DNA of 64,000 nucleotides, taken from Actinomycetales bacterium. Its GTDB lineage: Bacteria; Actinomycetota; Actinomycetes; Actinomycetales; Demequinaceae. The position numbers and the translations under genes were made by a program. Within the stretch, counting starts at the first letter, position 1; each line of letters begins with the position of its first letter. Shown in pieces: positions 1 to 11,188 of this stretch. The stretch is taken from assembly GCA_038248935.1 (NCBI GenBank), contig JBBRWX010000002.1:2986-66985 (forward strand). The letters run 5' to 3'. Below the pieces are notes generated by a model. It was not told the origin of the DNA and ran no database searches. It saw nothing but the letters and a program-made list of their open reading frames with translations.

Positions 1-18
1 ACTGTACGGTCGCCGCAC

Positions 19-2315
19 GTGCCGCTCCGACGCCCGTGCCGCTCCGCCGTCCGCGCGCTCGGCGCTCGCCCCTACGATGGCCCTGTGTTTGACTCCCTCG
101 CCAGCTTCATCGCCCGACGTCCTCGCCTCGTACTTGCCGCATGGATTGTCGCCGCACTCGGGATGTACGCGCTTTCCGCCGTGGGCGTGGGCGGCGGCAG
201 CCTCTACGAACGGAGTTCCACGGGGCTCCCCATGGTTCAGGGCGCAGATTCGACCACCGAGTACCAATACCGCTTGGCGCACCCTACAGACTCAAGCGGG
301 CCGATGCTCACAGCGGAGTTCAGCGGCGCCGACGCATGGGGCTCGGCCTTCGATGCAGAGGTTCAGTCGCTGGCGTCTGCAATCGCGGCACGTCCAGGCG
401 TGGTCGCTGTCATGTGGCCGAGGGGTTTGGTCGGAGGCCCCGATGCCGAAAGCGCGGCTAAGGGCGGACGAGCAGTCACCCCCGATCAGTTGGTGAGCGC
501 CGGCGGCGGGGCGTTCCTGCTCACCACGTCGTACGCGCCATTCGCCGAATCGGGTGCGGCCAAAAACGAGCACCTCGCCGTCGCATCACTCATCAAGTCG
601 GCGGTTGCCACGTGGGCCAGCCCCCAGCCCGCCGTCCGCGTCTACTCCGGTCCGTTGCTTCTCAACGACTTCACCACCCAGATCGAGAAAGACTTCGTCA
701 CTGGAGAGGCGATTGCGCTGCCGATCGCCCTGCTGGTGATGGTCTTCGTCTTCGGCGGGTTCCTGGCCGCATCGGCGCCGCTCATAGGCGCGATCGCCTC
801 GATCGCGGGCGGCCTCGCGGTGCTGTTCGGATTCTCGTACCCGCTTGAACTCGACCAGTCTGCGATCAATGTCGTGACGGTCCTTGGAATAGGTCTGTCG
901 ATCGACTACGGACTGCTCATCGTGTCTCGCTATCGCGAGGAGCTCGCGAGGTTGGGCGACTCCCCCGCCCATGACGTCAGGGACGAGGCCCTCGCCCATA
1001 CCCTCACAACCGCCGGCCGCACCGTGGCGTTCTCGGCAGTGACGGTCGCGATCTCGGTGGGCGGGATGCTTGTGTTCTCTGCCGAACTCATTCGGGGCAT
1101 CGGCGCCGCCGCGCTCGGGGTGGTGGTGATGGCTCTGCTCACCGCGCTCACTCTGGTGCCAGCCGTGCTGTATCTGTACGGGCACCGGCTCGCTCGACGG
1201 TCGCTTCTGGACAGGATCCCAGGAGTACGGGCCTTGCTTCGAAAAACGGCCGATGTCTCAAGCGAGGACGGCTTCTTCTCTCGACTCGCGCGCATGGTGC
1301 AACGCAGGCCATGGGCCATCGTCGGTGCCGTCACTGGAATTCTGCTGGTTCTCGCAAGCCCCATTCTCGACATTGCGGTGCGCAACTCGGATTACCAGCT
1401 GTTTCCCGTGTCGAACGAGAGGCGCCAGCTGCTTGACGGTTTCGACGCACGCTACCCCTCACTCGCGTCGCCGCAGATCGAGGTTCTCGCGGAGGCAACC
1501 CCGCAACAGCTTGACTCGTGGCTCCAGCAGATCAGCGCGGTGGATGGCGTCACTAGGGTCACCCCCGCCGCCGCGTCCGACGCCATGGCGAGGGCGGGCA
1601 TCTTCACGGCGTACCCCGACCAGGCCGGAGCGGACGCCACGTCGCTGATTGGCCAGTTGCGGGCGCTCGATGCGCCGTTCCGCGTGTACCTCGGAGGGCA
1701 CGCGGCGATCCAGGTTGACTTTGTGCACTCGCTCGCCATGGGGGCGCCGTGGGCGCTCGGGCTCGTGGTGCTCGCGACGTTCGTTTTGCTGTTCCTCATG
1801 ACGGGATCACTCTTGGTCCCCGTCAAGACACTCATCATCAACACGCTGTCGCTCGGAGCGACGCTTGGGATCGTGTCGTGGATCTTTGCGGATGGCCACC
1901 TGCAGGGGCCGCTTCAGTTCACATCGACAGGCGGAATTGAGACCTACGTGGTGGTCATGATCATCGCTTTTGGCTTTGGCCTGGCGATGGACTACGAGGT
2001 GTTCCTGCTTGCCCGCATCAAGGAACACGTCGACGCGGGCGAACCGAATGACGAGGCGGTGCGCAAGGGCCTGCAACGCTCGGGACGGATCATCACGTCG
2101 GCCGCCGCCGTGATCGTCCTCGTATTCGTGGGCTTCGCGTCCGGCCAGCTGTTGGTCATCAAGGAGGTGGGAATCGGGCTCGCGGTGGCCGTCTTCTTGG
2201 ACGCCACGCTCGTCCGCATGCTCTTGGTGCCCGCGACCATGACCCTGTTGGGTGACTGGAACTGGTGGTCGCCCGCTCCCCTGCGTCGGCTCTACGAGCG
2301 CCGGGGCATCTCGCA

Positions 2316-2319
<4 letters not shown>
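19..2319 (+). CDS. MMPL/RND-family membrane transporter
   Basis: 766-aa ORF with two multi-helix hydrophobic blocks separated by soluble loops. Carries the duplicated MMPL-type signature ([18 protein letters not shown] ... [17 protein letters not shown]). Start uncertain: GTG at 19, or in-frame GTG at 85 ([13 protein letters not shown]). Confidence 0.85.
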
Positions 2320-4085
<1,766 letters not shown>

Positions 4086-4137
4086 GGTGAAGCCTTTCGT
4101 GATGACTGGGGGTGCCCTGTGAGGGGCTCGGGTAAGT

Positions 4138-5574
4138 CTAGCCGCGCACGATGCGTGGCTTGAGGTCCTCGGCGGGAGGGTTCCAGGAGTCCGCGTCGGC
4201 GGGCGTCTGGTCGCCAGACCGGATGTCCTTGACTTCCCCGTCGCCGACTTCCCCGTCGCCGACTTCCCCGTCGCCGACTTCCCCGTCGCCGACTTCCCCG
4301 TCGCCGACTTCCCCGTCGCCGACTTCCCCGTCGCCGCCAACGCCGTCGACTTCCACGGAGGGGAACCACACGAACGGGATCCCGCGCTTGTCGGCGTACT
4401 GGATCTGCTTGCCAAACTTCGCGGCGCTGGGCGACACCTCGCACGCGATCCCTCGTGCGCGCAGGCGATCCGCGATGCCCTGGGACGCGTTCCGCGTCTC
4501 ATCGTCAATCACGGCGACCAGCACGGCGCTGGGCACGCTGCGCGTGGCGACCAGAAGCCCGCGCGACACGAGCCGCGACACGAGCCTGCTCACGCCAATC
4601 GACATGCCGACCCCTGGGAACCCTCCCCCTGCGATGAGCGAGTCGTAGCGCCCACCAGAACAGATCGACCCGAGGTCCTCGTGACCCTCGAGCGTCGTCT
4701 CGTAGACGGCACCCGTGTAGTAATCGAGACCGCGGGCAATGCTGAGGTCCGCCTCGGCGGTGCCTGGCACTGCGGCGTTGACGGCCTCCACAAGTGAGCC
4801 AAGCGCGACGAGGCCCTCGGCCATCAGCTTCTGTGCCGCCTCGTCGTGGTGGGTCGGCGTGGTCTCCCACAGGTCGAGGACGGCCTCCCTGAATGACGAG
4901 TCTGACGACCGGATGCGCGCGAGGTGCAGGATCGCGTCGGCCGCCGCGTCGGGAACGCCCTGCGCTACCAGTTCCTTTGCCACACCGACGGGCCCGATCT
5001 TGCCAAGCTTGTCGACCGAGCGCAGGGCGCCAGCGACATCCGCGACGCCTACCCCACGGTAGAAGCCCTCGACCAGCCGCCTGTCGTTCATGCGCATGCG
5101 TGCGGGGGGCAACTCGAGGCCCTGGAGCGCCCTCGCCATCACCACGGCGACCTCGGCCTCGAGGTGTGCGGGGAGGTTCTCCCTCGCGACCACGTCGATG
5201 TCGGCCTGGTAGAACTCCCTGAACCGGCCCTCTTGGGGGCGCTCCCCTCTCCACACCTTCTGGATCTGGTAGCGCCTAAACGGAAACGCGAGGTGCCCCT
5301 GGCGCTCCTCGACGTAGCGAGCAAAGGGCACCGTCAGGTCGAAGTGGAGGCCAAACTCGGCGGACTCTCCCCCGCGGCGCGTGAGGACGTAGACCTCCTT
5401 CGAAGCCTCGGCCTCTCCGCCCAATCGCTCGAGCGGCTCGATGGCACGCGTTTCGATCTGCGCAAAGCCGTGAAGCTCAAACACCTCGCGGAGGCGATCG
5501 ATGACGTGGGCCTCCACGAGACGCTCGGCGGGGGTCCACTCGGGGAAGCCTGAAAGGGGCGCTAGTCGCGACAT
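4138..5574 (-). CDS. hisS: histidine--tRNA ligase
   Basis: ATG at 5574 ([19 protein letters not shown]). HisRS motifs present ([29 protein letters not shown]). C-terminal anticodon-binding domain ends ...VKDIRSGDQ. Contains the in-frame (GDGEV)7 repeat. Confidence 0.93.
   Translation of the reverse strand: MSRLAPLSGFPEWTPAERLVEAHVIDRLREVFELHGFAQIETRAIEPLERLGGEAEASKEVYVLTRRGGESAEFGLHFDLTVPFARYVEERQGHLAFPFRRYQIQKVWRGERPQEGRFREFYQADIDVVARENLPAHLEAEVAVVMARALQGLELPPARMRMNDRRLVEGFYRGVGVADVAGALRSVDKLGKIGPVGVAKELVAQGVPDAAADAILHLARIRSSDSSFREAVLDLWETTPTHHDEAAQKLMAEGLVALGSLVEAVNAAVPGTAEADLSIARGLDYYTGAVYETTLEGHEDLGSICSGGRYDSLIAGGGFPGVGMSIGVSRLVSRLVSRGLLVATRSVPSAVLVAVIDDETRNASQGIADRLRARGIACEVSPSAAKFGKQIQYADKRGIPFVWFPSVEVDGVGGDGEVGDGEVGDGEVGDGEVGDGEVGDGEVGDGEVKDIRSGDQTPADADSWNPPAEDLKPRIVRG
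4231..4335. repeat. perfect 15-bp tandem repeat x7 (gacttccccgtcgcc), in frame within hisS
   Basis: Seven identical consecutive copies read directly from the sequence, followed by one degenerate copy (gccaacgccgtcgac). On the coding (minus) strand they encode GDGEV x7. Confidence 0.97.
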
Positions 5575-5771
5575 GGCCCCATTGTTCCATTGGAGGCCGC
5601 CCGACAACACCCAGCGCGCTGGTCACGAACGGGCGACAGTCGCCACCGGAAGTGGTCAACGCGGCCCCGTGATCGATATCGTGAGTGGGATTGCCAGAAG
5701 CGGTACCATCACGGGTGCCTGCTTTAGGCAGCACCCGCCCAGTTCGTCGTCCTCACAAAGGTCATCGCCTC

Positions 5772-7124
5772 ATGACGCCCGCCAAGCCCCGGCCCATTCC
5801 TCGCCCTCAGGCTCCCTCGCCCGCAATCCTCGCGGCGCACTCGACGCACCCCGTGCGCATCCCCCTTGCCGACGACATCTCGGCTGAGGCGATTGCCTCT
5901 GCGTCTGCCTTCGGCGCCGTCGAAGGAGATCAGGTCATCCTGGTCGAGGGTGATACGCGCACCCCCGTGGGTCCCGCGACGGGCGACGCGCCCATCGCGG
6001 CGTATGCGAAGGCGTTTATCGAGTTGGCGGCGTCGATTGAGCGGTTCCACGCGCGCCTCGTCGGTGCGGAGCTGAGCCCCAAGGACATCGACGACGCGCT
6101 GTCGGGTCTGAAGTCGTCCCTCGAGACGCCCGTTGTCGTCGGCAACATGGCCGCCTTGCGTGCCCGTTTCGGCATTATCGAAGCCGAGGCCAAGGAGGTC
6201 GCCGACAAGATCCGTGCTGAGCGTGCGGCCGCACGGGAACTCGCCGCCGCCGCTAGAGAGGTGCTCGTCGCCGAGGCGGAGAAACTCTCGGCAAAGCCGC
6301 TGCCTCAAGTGCACTGGAAGAACGACACCGCGCGCATGCGCGAACTCTTGGACGAGTGGAAGGAAGCCCAGCGCTCGGGCACCCGCATGGCCAAGGAGGC
6401 CGAGCGCGAGATGTGGGCTCGCTTCACCAAGGCCAGGTCCTCGTTCGAGAAGGCGCGCAAGGTGCACTTTGCGCAGCTCGACAAGGAGAATGCCTCCGTC
6501 GCTGGCACCAAGGAAGACCTCGTGAGCCGTGCCGAGGCGCTCGCCACCTCGACCGACTGGGACGCGACCGCTCGCCAGTTCAAGCAGCTCATGGACCAAT
6601 GGCGCACCGCCGGCCGTGGCCGCAAGAGCACCGATGACGCCCTGTGGGCACGATTCCAGGGCGCCCAGGAGACGTTCTTCTCCACCAAGCGGGCGGCGAG
6701 CGAGGCCGAAGAGGGAGTGCTCGCCGCGAATGCTCCCGCGAAGGAGGCCGCCGTCGTGGCCGCCGAGGCGCTGCTGCCCATCTCCGATGTGCGTGCGGCC
6801 AAGAAGGAAATCCGCGCGATTCAGGACCGCTTCGAGTCTGCAGGTGAGGTGCCTCGTGGCGTGGCAGCGGCCCTGAGCCGCCGCATCGCGGCCGTCGAGA
6901 AGGCCATTCGCGACGCCGACCAGGCCCACTGGACGTCCAAGAACCCCGAGATCGAGGCGCGTGCCACCGGCGCGGCCGCGCAACTGCATGCGGCGATCGC
7001 TGACCTCGAGTCAAAGCTCGACGCAGCGAAGACCGCGAAGGACACGCGCAAGGTCAAGGAGTTCACGGAGGCGCTCGCCGCTCGCAGGGCGTGGCTCAAG
7101 CAGATCGAGGCCGTCGCAAAATAG
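5772..7124 (+). CDS. DUF349 domain-containing protein
   Basis: Repeated helical units with the W..F signature (EMWARFTKARSSFEKAR; DALWARFQGAQETFFSTKR) typical of DUF349. The ATG at 5772 (MTPAKPRP) is preferred over the track start at 5685. Confidence 0.85.
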   Translation: MTPAKPRPIPRPQAPSPAILAAHSTHPVRIPLADDISAEAIASASAFGAVEGDQVILVEGDTRTPVGPATGDAPIAAYAKAFIELAASIERFHARLVGAELSPKDIDDALSGLKSSLETPVVVGNMAALRARFGIIEAEAKEVADKIRAERAAARELAAAAREVLVAEAEKLSAKPLPQVHWKNDTARMRELLDEWKEAQRSGTRMAKEAEREMWARFTKARSSFEKARKVHFAQLDKENASVAGTKEDLVSRAEALATSTDWDATARQFKQLMDQWRTAGRGRKSTDDALWARFQGAQETFFSTKRAASEAEEGVLAANAPAKEAAVVAAEALLPISDVRAAKKEIRAIQDRFESAGEVPRGVAAALSRRIAAVEKAIRDADQAHWTSKNPEIEARATGAAAQLHAAIADLESKLDAAKTAKDTRKVKEFTEALAARRAWLKQIEAVAK

Positions 7125-7172
7125 CGCAGCGAGATAGCGCCACGAAATAGCGCAGCGAGATAGCGCCGCGAG
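7121..7172. repeat. 13-bp tandem repeat x4 (atagcgcNNcgaN; 26-bp unit x2) starting at the DUF349 stop codon
   Basis: atagcgcagcgag / atagcgccacgaa / atagcgcagcgag / atagcgccgcgag, then a degenerate gtagtcacggcgc. The TAG stop (7122..7124) lies in unit 1. Confidence 0.9.
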
Positions 7173-7261
7173 GTAGTCACGGCGCTCGCTCGGACGGGTT
7201 CGCTCTCCACAGATCGCGGAGGTGACCCCCGCCGAACGCCCGTCTTCGTCAGACTGCTGCC

Positions 7262-7822
7262 ATGGCCTTGCTCTACGCGACAGACATGGGCGATGCCGCG
7301 TGGCAACGCATGGCTCGCGACGGGGTCGTCGTGGTGCTGCGCCCCGGCGTCGGCCACGCGTCGACGACCGAGCGCACGCGCGCGTTGAGGGCGGCTTCGC
7401 TCGCCGCGGCCGTCCCTCGTAGGGCAACCCTTGCGGGGGCCGCCGCGCTGTGGGTCCACGGTTGGGGGGCAGACGACGCGGCACCCCGCCGCATCGACGT
7501 CGCGGTTCCCAGGGGTTGCCACCCAGACCCTCCGCCCGGCTTCTTCGCGTCGGGGTGGCAATTCGTGACGGACCAAGCCACATGCGCGGCGGCGAGCACC
7601 ATTGCAGACGTCTCCGTTGCCGACGTCGGCAACGCCCTACGGTCTGTCCTGTCCAAGGGGGATCTCGGCGAAGCCGTCGAGGCGGCATGGTGGGCGCTAG
7701 CGGAGGGACGCCTCGACTTCGGCTCGGGTACAGCGATCATCGCCGCCGGTGCGCGTGGATTGCCGCGTCAGAGGGCGCTCGCCGCCTGGAATGCCGTCTG
7801 CACGGCCGCAGGAGCCTCTTAG
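7262..7822 (+). CDS. hypothetical protein (weak AbiEi-like N-terminal pattern)
   Basis: 186-aa ORF in an otherwise empty 700-nt interval. GC3-rich but with several rare-type codons (agg, cta, aca, gga) and no obvious RBS. The pattern AWQRMARDGVVVVLRPGV ... LAGAAALWVHGW ... RIDVAVPRG loosely resembles AbiEi-type antitoxin N-domains. Its stop overlaps the relA stop by 4 nt (convergent). Confidence 0.45.
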   Translation: MALLYATDMGDAAWQRMARDGVVVVLRPGVGHASTTERTRALRAASLAAAVPRRATLAGAAALWVHGWGADDAAPRRIDVAVPRGCHPDPPPGFFASGWQFVTDQATCAAASTIADVSVADVGNALRSVLSKGDLGEAVEAAWWALAEGRLDFGSGTAIIAAGARGLPRQRALAAWNAVCTAAGAS

Positions 7823-10074
7823 CCGAGGCGGTGGTTCCTTTTGGCGCCGGTGATGCGGCGCGCGTCATAGACGCCGTCAATGCGGCGCACAGCCGTTAAG
7901 ACGGCACCCAGGTGCGAGGGGTCGGCCATCTCAAACGAGAACGTGTTGAGCGCAACCCTATCGGACGTGGTCGACACATGCGCGCCCAGGATGTTGAGGT
8001 GATTGTCCGAGAGCACCTGGACCACATCGGAAAGCAAACGGTTCCTGTCGAGTCCCTCGACCTCGATCTGCACCAAGAATGTCGCATCGGACGCTCCCGT
8101 CCACTGAACGCCCACAAGCCGCTCGGACTGCGATTGGAGTGCCAACAAGTTGTCGCAATCGGCCCTGTGCACGCTGACGCCGGCTCCGCGCGTCACGAAG
8201 CCCCTGATGGGGTCGCCAGGGACTGGGCTGCAGCACTTGGCAAGCTTCATCATGACGTCCGTCATGCCCTCGACGGAGACTCCAGGATCGCCGCGCCTGG
8301 CCCTGTGGCGGGTCCCTGGTCTGGTGATCTCGCTGAGGTCCTCTTCGGCGCCCTCTTGGCCGCCCACCGCGGCGACCATCTTTGTCACGACATCGGAGGG
8401 CTGTTCCTTGTGTTCGCCGATCGCCGCGTAGAGGCCGTCGACGTCGTCGTAGCGCATCTCCTTGGCGAGCGCCAACAGGGTCGTCTTGCTCATGAGGCGT
8501 TGCATCGGCAAGTGCTGGCGACGGATCGCCCTGGCGAGCATGTCGCGACCGGTCTCGATCGACTCCTCGCGGCGCTCGCGCGTGAACCATTGCCTGATCT
8601 TGTTGCGCGCCCTCGTCGACTGGACGAACTCGAGCCAGTCGCGCTTGGGATGCGCGTTCTCGTCTGTGGTGGTGATCACCTCGACCGTGTCGCCGTTTTC
8701 GAGCGTCGAGTCGAGCGGGACGAGTCGCCCGTTGACCTTGGCGCCCACCGTCTTGTGGCCCACGTCGGTGTGCACCGCGTAGGCAAAGTCCACTGGGGTC
8801 GCGCCCTGTGGTAGCGGAAGGAGCTTTCCGCGCGGGGTAAACACGTAGACCTCGGCACGGGAGATCTCGCCGCGAAGGTAGTCGAGGAACTCCGTTGGGT
8901 CGGCCGTCTCTTGTTGCCAATCGGCGATTTGCCGCAACCAACCGGCGTTGTGGGCCTGGACGGGGACCTTTTCGCCCTTGGCGTTCTCCTTGTAGCGCCA
9001 GTGCGCCGCGTAGCCGTATTCGGCCCTCCTGTGCATGTCCCATGTGCGAATCTGCAGCTCGATGGGCTTGCCTTCGGGGCCGATCACCGTCGTGTGGAGC
9101 GACTGATACAGGTTGAACTTGGGCATTGCGATGTAATCCTTGAACCTGCCAGGGACCGGCTGGTAGGTGGAGTGCATCTCTCCCAACACGGCGTAGCAGT
9201 CCCTCACGCTCTCGACGAGGATGCGCACGCCGATCAGGTCGTAAATCTCGTTGAGGTCGCGGCCCCTGACGATCATTTTCTGATACACCGAGTAGTAGTG
9301 CTTGGGACGGCCCGTGATCTCGGCCTTGATCTTCTTGTCCTTGAGCTGCGCAGCGATGGCCTTACGCACGTCGTCGAGGTGCTTTTCCCTCTCGGGCGAG
9401 CGCTCCGCGACCACCTCGACGATTTCTTGATAGATCTTGGGGTACAGCGTCCTGAACGACAGGTCCTCAAGTTCCCATTTGATCGCGTTGAGGCCCATGC
9501 GGTGTGCGAGCGGCGCGTAGATCTCTAGCGTCTCTTGGGCCTTGCGGCGCGAGGTGGCGGGGCTCACGTGGTCCCACGTGCGTGCGTTGTGCAGGCGGTC
9601 GGCGAGCTTGAGGAGCACCACGCGCATGTCATGTGCCATCGCGACAACGAGCTTGCGCACCGTCTCCGCCTCTGCGGCATCGCCAAACGTCAGCCGGTCG
9701 AGTTTGGTGACCCCGTCGACAAACGATGCGACCTCGTCACCAAACTCGGTGCGGATCTCCTCGAGGGGAAAGTTGGTGTCCTCGACGATGTCGTGCAGCA
9801 GAGCGGCCGCGATGACGGTCTCGGGCAATCCGAGCCCCGCGATGATCTCCGCCACGGCGATCGGGTGCGTGATGTACGCCTCGCCGCTCTTGCGCAACTG
9901 GCCCTCGTGCGCCTGCTCCGCCACCGCGTGCGCCCGCTCGATCAGCGCCGTTTTGGCGCGCGGGTACATTCGGTGATAGATGTCCAGCAGCGGCGCGATC
10001 GCGCTCGCCTCCTTCGCATTCCTGCGCAGAGACAAGGACCTGCCCGGGTCGGAGGCTGGACGCGTGTCTGCCAC
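7819..10074 (-). CDS. relA: bifunctional (p)ppGpp synthetase/hydrolase RelA/SpoT family
   Basis: HD hydrolase motif (HPIAVAEII...LLHDIVEDT), synthetase domain (YQSLHTTV, RTWDMHRRAEYG), and TGS and ACT-like C-terminal regions. GTG start. Confidence 0.95.
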   Translation of the reverse strand: MADTRPASDPGRSLSLRRNAKEASAIAPLLDIYHRMYPRAKTALIERAHAVAEQAHEGQLRKSGEAYITHPIAVAEIIAGLGLPETVIAAALLHDIVEDTNFPLEEIRTEFGDEVASFVDGVTKLDRLTFGDAAEAETVRKLVVAMAHDMRVVLLKLADRLHNARTWDHVSPATSRRKAQETLEIYAPLAHRMGLNAIKWELEDLSFRTLYPKIYQEIVEVVAERSPEREKHLDDVRKAIAAQLKDKKIKAEITGRPKHYYSVYQKMIVRGRDLNEIYDLIGVRILVESVRDCYAVLGEMHSTYQPVPGRFKDYIAMPKFNLYQSLHTTVIGPEGKPIELQIRTWDMHRRAEYGYAAHWRYKENAKGEKVPVQAHNAGWLRQIADWQQETADPTEFLDYLRGEISRAEVYVFTPRGKLLPLPQGATPVDFAYAVHTDVGHKTVGAKVNGRLVPLDSTLENGDTVEVITTTDENAHPKRDWLEFVQSTRARNKIRQWFTRERREESIETGRDMLARAIRRQHLPMQRLMSKTTLLALAKEMRYDDVDGLYAAIGEHKEQPSDVVTKMVAAVGGQEGAEEDLSEITRPGTRHRARRGDPGVSVEGMTDVMMKLAKCCSPVPGDPIRGFVTRGAGVSVHRADCDNLLALQSQSERLVGVQWTGASDATFLVQIEVEGLDRNRLLSDVVQVLSDNHLNILGAHVSTTSDRVALNTFSFEMADPSHLGAVLTAVRRIDGVYDARRITGAKRNHRLG

Positions 10075-10106
10075 GGTTGCCTCCTGTCGGTTGGGTGCCG
10101 ATCAGT

Positions 10107-11186
10107 CTACTTGCGCGGCTTGCGCCTCGGTTGCGCCGCAGTGCCCTTGTGGTGACCCGCGACCAAAGCGCCCACGCGCACAGAGCCATCGGGGCGCACC
10201 ACGTCGCTGCCGCCAGAAGCCCTGAGCGCCAGCACGTCCGCCGTGTGCTCCTTGATCTTCGGCTCACGATCGCGAAGTGCCACCTCGAGGGGTGTCGCCA
10301 CGAAGATCGAGGAGTAGGTGCCCACAGCCATGCCGACAAACAGCGCGAGCGAGATGTCCTTGAGTGTGCCCGCACCCAGCAGGAACGAGCCGATGAAGAG
10401 GATCCCGCTGACGGGCAGCAGTGCGACGACGGACGTGTTGATCGAGCGCACCAGGGTCTGGTTCACAGCAAGGTTGGCCAACTCGTCGTACGTGAAGCGG
10501 TGCTGAGTCAATACCTCCGCGGTGTTCTCCTTGACCTTGTCGAACACCACCACCGTGTCATACAGCGAATAGCCAAGGATCGTCAGGAAGCCGATGACTG
10601 AGGCGGGGGTGACCTCAAAGCCGGACAACGCGTAGATACCGACAGTGAACAGCAGGTCGTGGAGCAGCGCTACCACGCCGGCAACCGCCATGCGCCACGC
10701 CCTGAAATAGAGGGTCATGACGATCGTCACGAGAACCAGGAACGCCACGAGTCCCTGGGTGGCCTTGCCCGTGACGTCCTGGCCCCAGCTGGGCCCGATG
10801 AAGCTCGAGCTCACCTCGGTTTGGACGTCAAGGTTGTAGGCAGTGGCCAAACCTGTCGCGAGGGTTGCGACCTTGTCCTGCGGCAGTTCGCGGAGTTGCA
10901 CCCTCAGGTCCGAACCGACCTTCGCCACGCGTGGCTCTTCGCTGGGGAACGCCTTCGTCACGACCTCGTGCGCTGCGGCCGTGCTCTCGCCGCCGACGCC
11001 AACGAGGGTGAACTCCGTACCGCCCCGGAACTCGATTCCGGGGTTGAGTCCCTTGAACACGAGCACGAGGATCGAAAACACGATGAGCGTGGTGCTCACC
11101 GCGAGCCAGCGCTTGCGGTGCGACACGATGCCGTAGGTGGTCTCGCCCGAATGGAGGCGGTTACCCCAGCTAGACAGGTTGGCCAT
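10107..11186 (-). CDS. secF: protein translocase subunit SecF
   Basis: N-terminus ...GLNPGIEFRGGTEF followed by 6 TM helices. Lies immediately downstream of secD (2-nt gap). Confidence 0.93.
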   Translation of the reverse strand: MANLSSWGNRLHSGETTYGIVSHRKRWLAVSTTLIVFSILVLVFKGLNPGIEFRGGTEFTLVGVGGESTAAAHEVVTKAFPSEEPRVAKVGSDLRVQLRELPQDKVATLATGLATAYNLDVQTEVSSSFIGPSWGQDVTGKATQGLVAFLVLVTIVMTLYFRAWRMAVAGVVALLHDLLFTVGIYALSGFEVTPASVIGFLTILGYSLYDTVVVFDKVKENTAEVLTQHRFTYDELANLAVNQTLVRSINTSVVALLPVSGILFIGSFLLGAGTLKDISLALFVGMAVGTYSSIFVATPLEVALRDREPKIKEHTADVLALRASGGSDVVRPDGSVRVGALVAGHHKGTAAQPRRKPRK

Positions 11187-11188
11187 GA

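Noticed and set aside
4231-4335. Possibility that the 15-bp array is a CRISPR-like or mini-satellite regulatory element.
   Set aside because: The units are contiguous with no spacers, only 15 bp long, and in frame within hisS. That makes it a coding tandem repeat, not a CRISPR array.
4086-4508. N-terminal extension of the aspS ORF producing an (ATGKS)n repeat.
   Set aside because: This is the reverse-strand, other-frame reading of the hisS 15-bp repeat. The canonical AspRS N-terminus begins at the GTG at 4085, and the extension overlaps the hisS coding sequence.
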